Positions 62,774 to 64,000 of a stretch of 64,000 nt of DNA are shown here, one piece after another; position 1 is the stretch's first letter, and each line of letters opens with the position of its first letter. The notes under the pieces were generated by a model, which did not search any database, was not told where the DNA came from, and saw nothing but the letters and a program-made list of their open reading frames with translations. Source of the stretch: Octopus sinensis (Eukaryota); the NCBI RefSeq assembly GCF_006345805.1, contig NC_043017.1, positions 20,398,001 to 20,462,000 of the forward strand, in the 5' to 3' direction. The position numbers and the translations under genes are program-made.

Positions 62774-63499
62774 TATATTTAATCAGTCATTCAGGCTTTT
62801 ATACATATATGATTGTAGCTGCCTTATTCAATGTGTCCTTCCTTCCCTTGAGATGCTAGACCGTGATTTGAGGAAGCCCTGACTGCTATTTCTAGCAGAT
62901 TAGGCGACCACATAGGGTGCTCCGAACAGATAAATGTATTAAAAGGCTGAGCCTAGGATATATGTATCACATGTGACTTTGTGGAGAGAAGGACAGAGAG
63001 AGAGAGAGCAGGAGAGAGAGAGAGGAAGAGAGAGAGAGGGGGAGAGAGAGAGAGGGGGTGACAGAGACAGAAGCAGCCAAAGATAAAGAACAGGGTGGTG
63101 GTGGTGGATGGGAAGAGTGATGGAGTGGAGCCAGTTGTGTCACACACACACATACATACACACATTATTACTGTCACCATGACAACAGCTTAGAACACAG
63201 TTCCCACCACCACCACCACCACCACCACCACCACACCTCCGCCCCTGCTCTCTGCCTCCATCCTCTTTTACCATCTACCAGTGACAACAAACTGTCTGAG
63301 AGCCAACATCACTGCAGCCACTACCACCACCACCACCACCACCACCACCACTGCCGGTACTGCTACCATGCACAACCATCACCACATCCTCAAGCACCAT
63401 CAAGCATTAACCAGTACTATCATTATCACTGGATTATCCAAATCCACCATGACCACCACCACAACTACAAACACACCCTCTGTGACCACCATCAGCAAC

Positions 63500-63530
<31 letters not shown>

Positions 63531-63771
63531 CTGCAAGGCATGACCTAACCAGGATGACAGTCAACAGGGTGGTGGGAAAACGGGGTGGAGAGTGAGGGGG
63601 CACACATGTTTGTTGTTGTTGTTGCTTAGCCTCAGGTAATCCCCAGTAGAAGAGACCTATGGTCAAAACTATTCCCCTTCCACATGACCATCCCATCTTT
63701 TTCTCCTGTATGAAGAAATTAAAACCCACATCATCCATCTTTGGTTCTAAGTTGCAGAGAGAGAGGGAGAA

Positions 63772-63808
<37 letters not shown>

Positions 63809-64000
63809 AGAGAAAGCTAAAGGGTAGGGTGGAGGTAGAGATTTGACTGCTATTTCTAGCAGACCCCACAGAAGCTCCCAGCAGTGGTGTTGACAGTGTC
63901 TGTGACCATGACTACCATTACAGCTGGTTGTCCATCCTTTCATCACTTAAAACTATTTATTTTTTTTTAATGGCCTCATCTCCGCCACCTCCCCCCCCCC

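Overview
AT-rich, repeat-saturated animal DNA, most likely from an octopus. That assignment is an inference from the tRNA-derived SINE types and the extreme (TA)n/(CA)n/(GAT)n load. No host protein-coding gene can be supported; nearly all listed ORFs are microsatellite or SINE read-through. The window contains: several high-copy SINE families with interchangeable heads and tails; 5'-truncated CR1, RTE and R4/Dong-type LINE ends; piggyBac-, hAT-, Tc1/mariner- and possibly Merlin-type MITEs; local tandem duplications; and a ~100-N gap beside a probable false 2-kb duplication. The most notable signal is not explained by the ORF track. At least four sequence families of short (TA)n-adjacent elements carry type I hammerhead ribozyme motifs (CUGANGA...GAAA...NUH with a complementary stem I, and usually a self-complementary stem III). 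Eight motifs were found by hand. Four of them sit as two head-to-head pairs inside long palindromes. This matches minimal hammerheads of Penelope-like elements and retrozymes. All pairings were made by eye. Coordinates of degenerate repeats are approximate.
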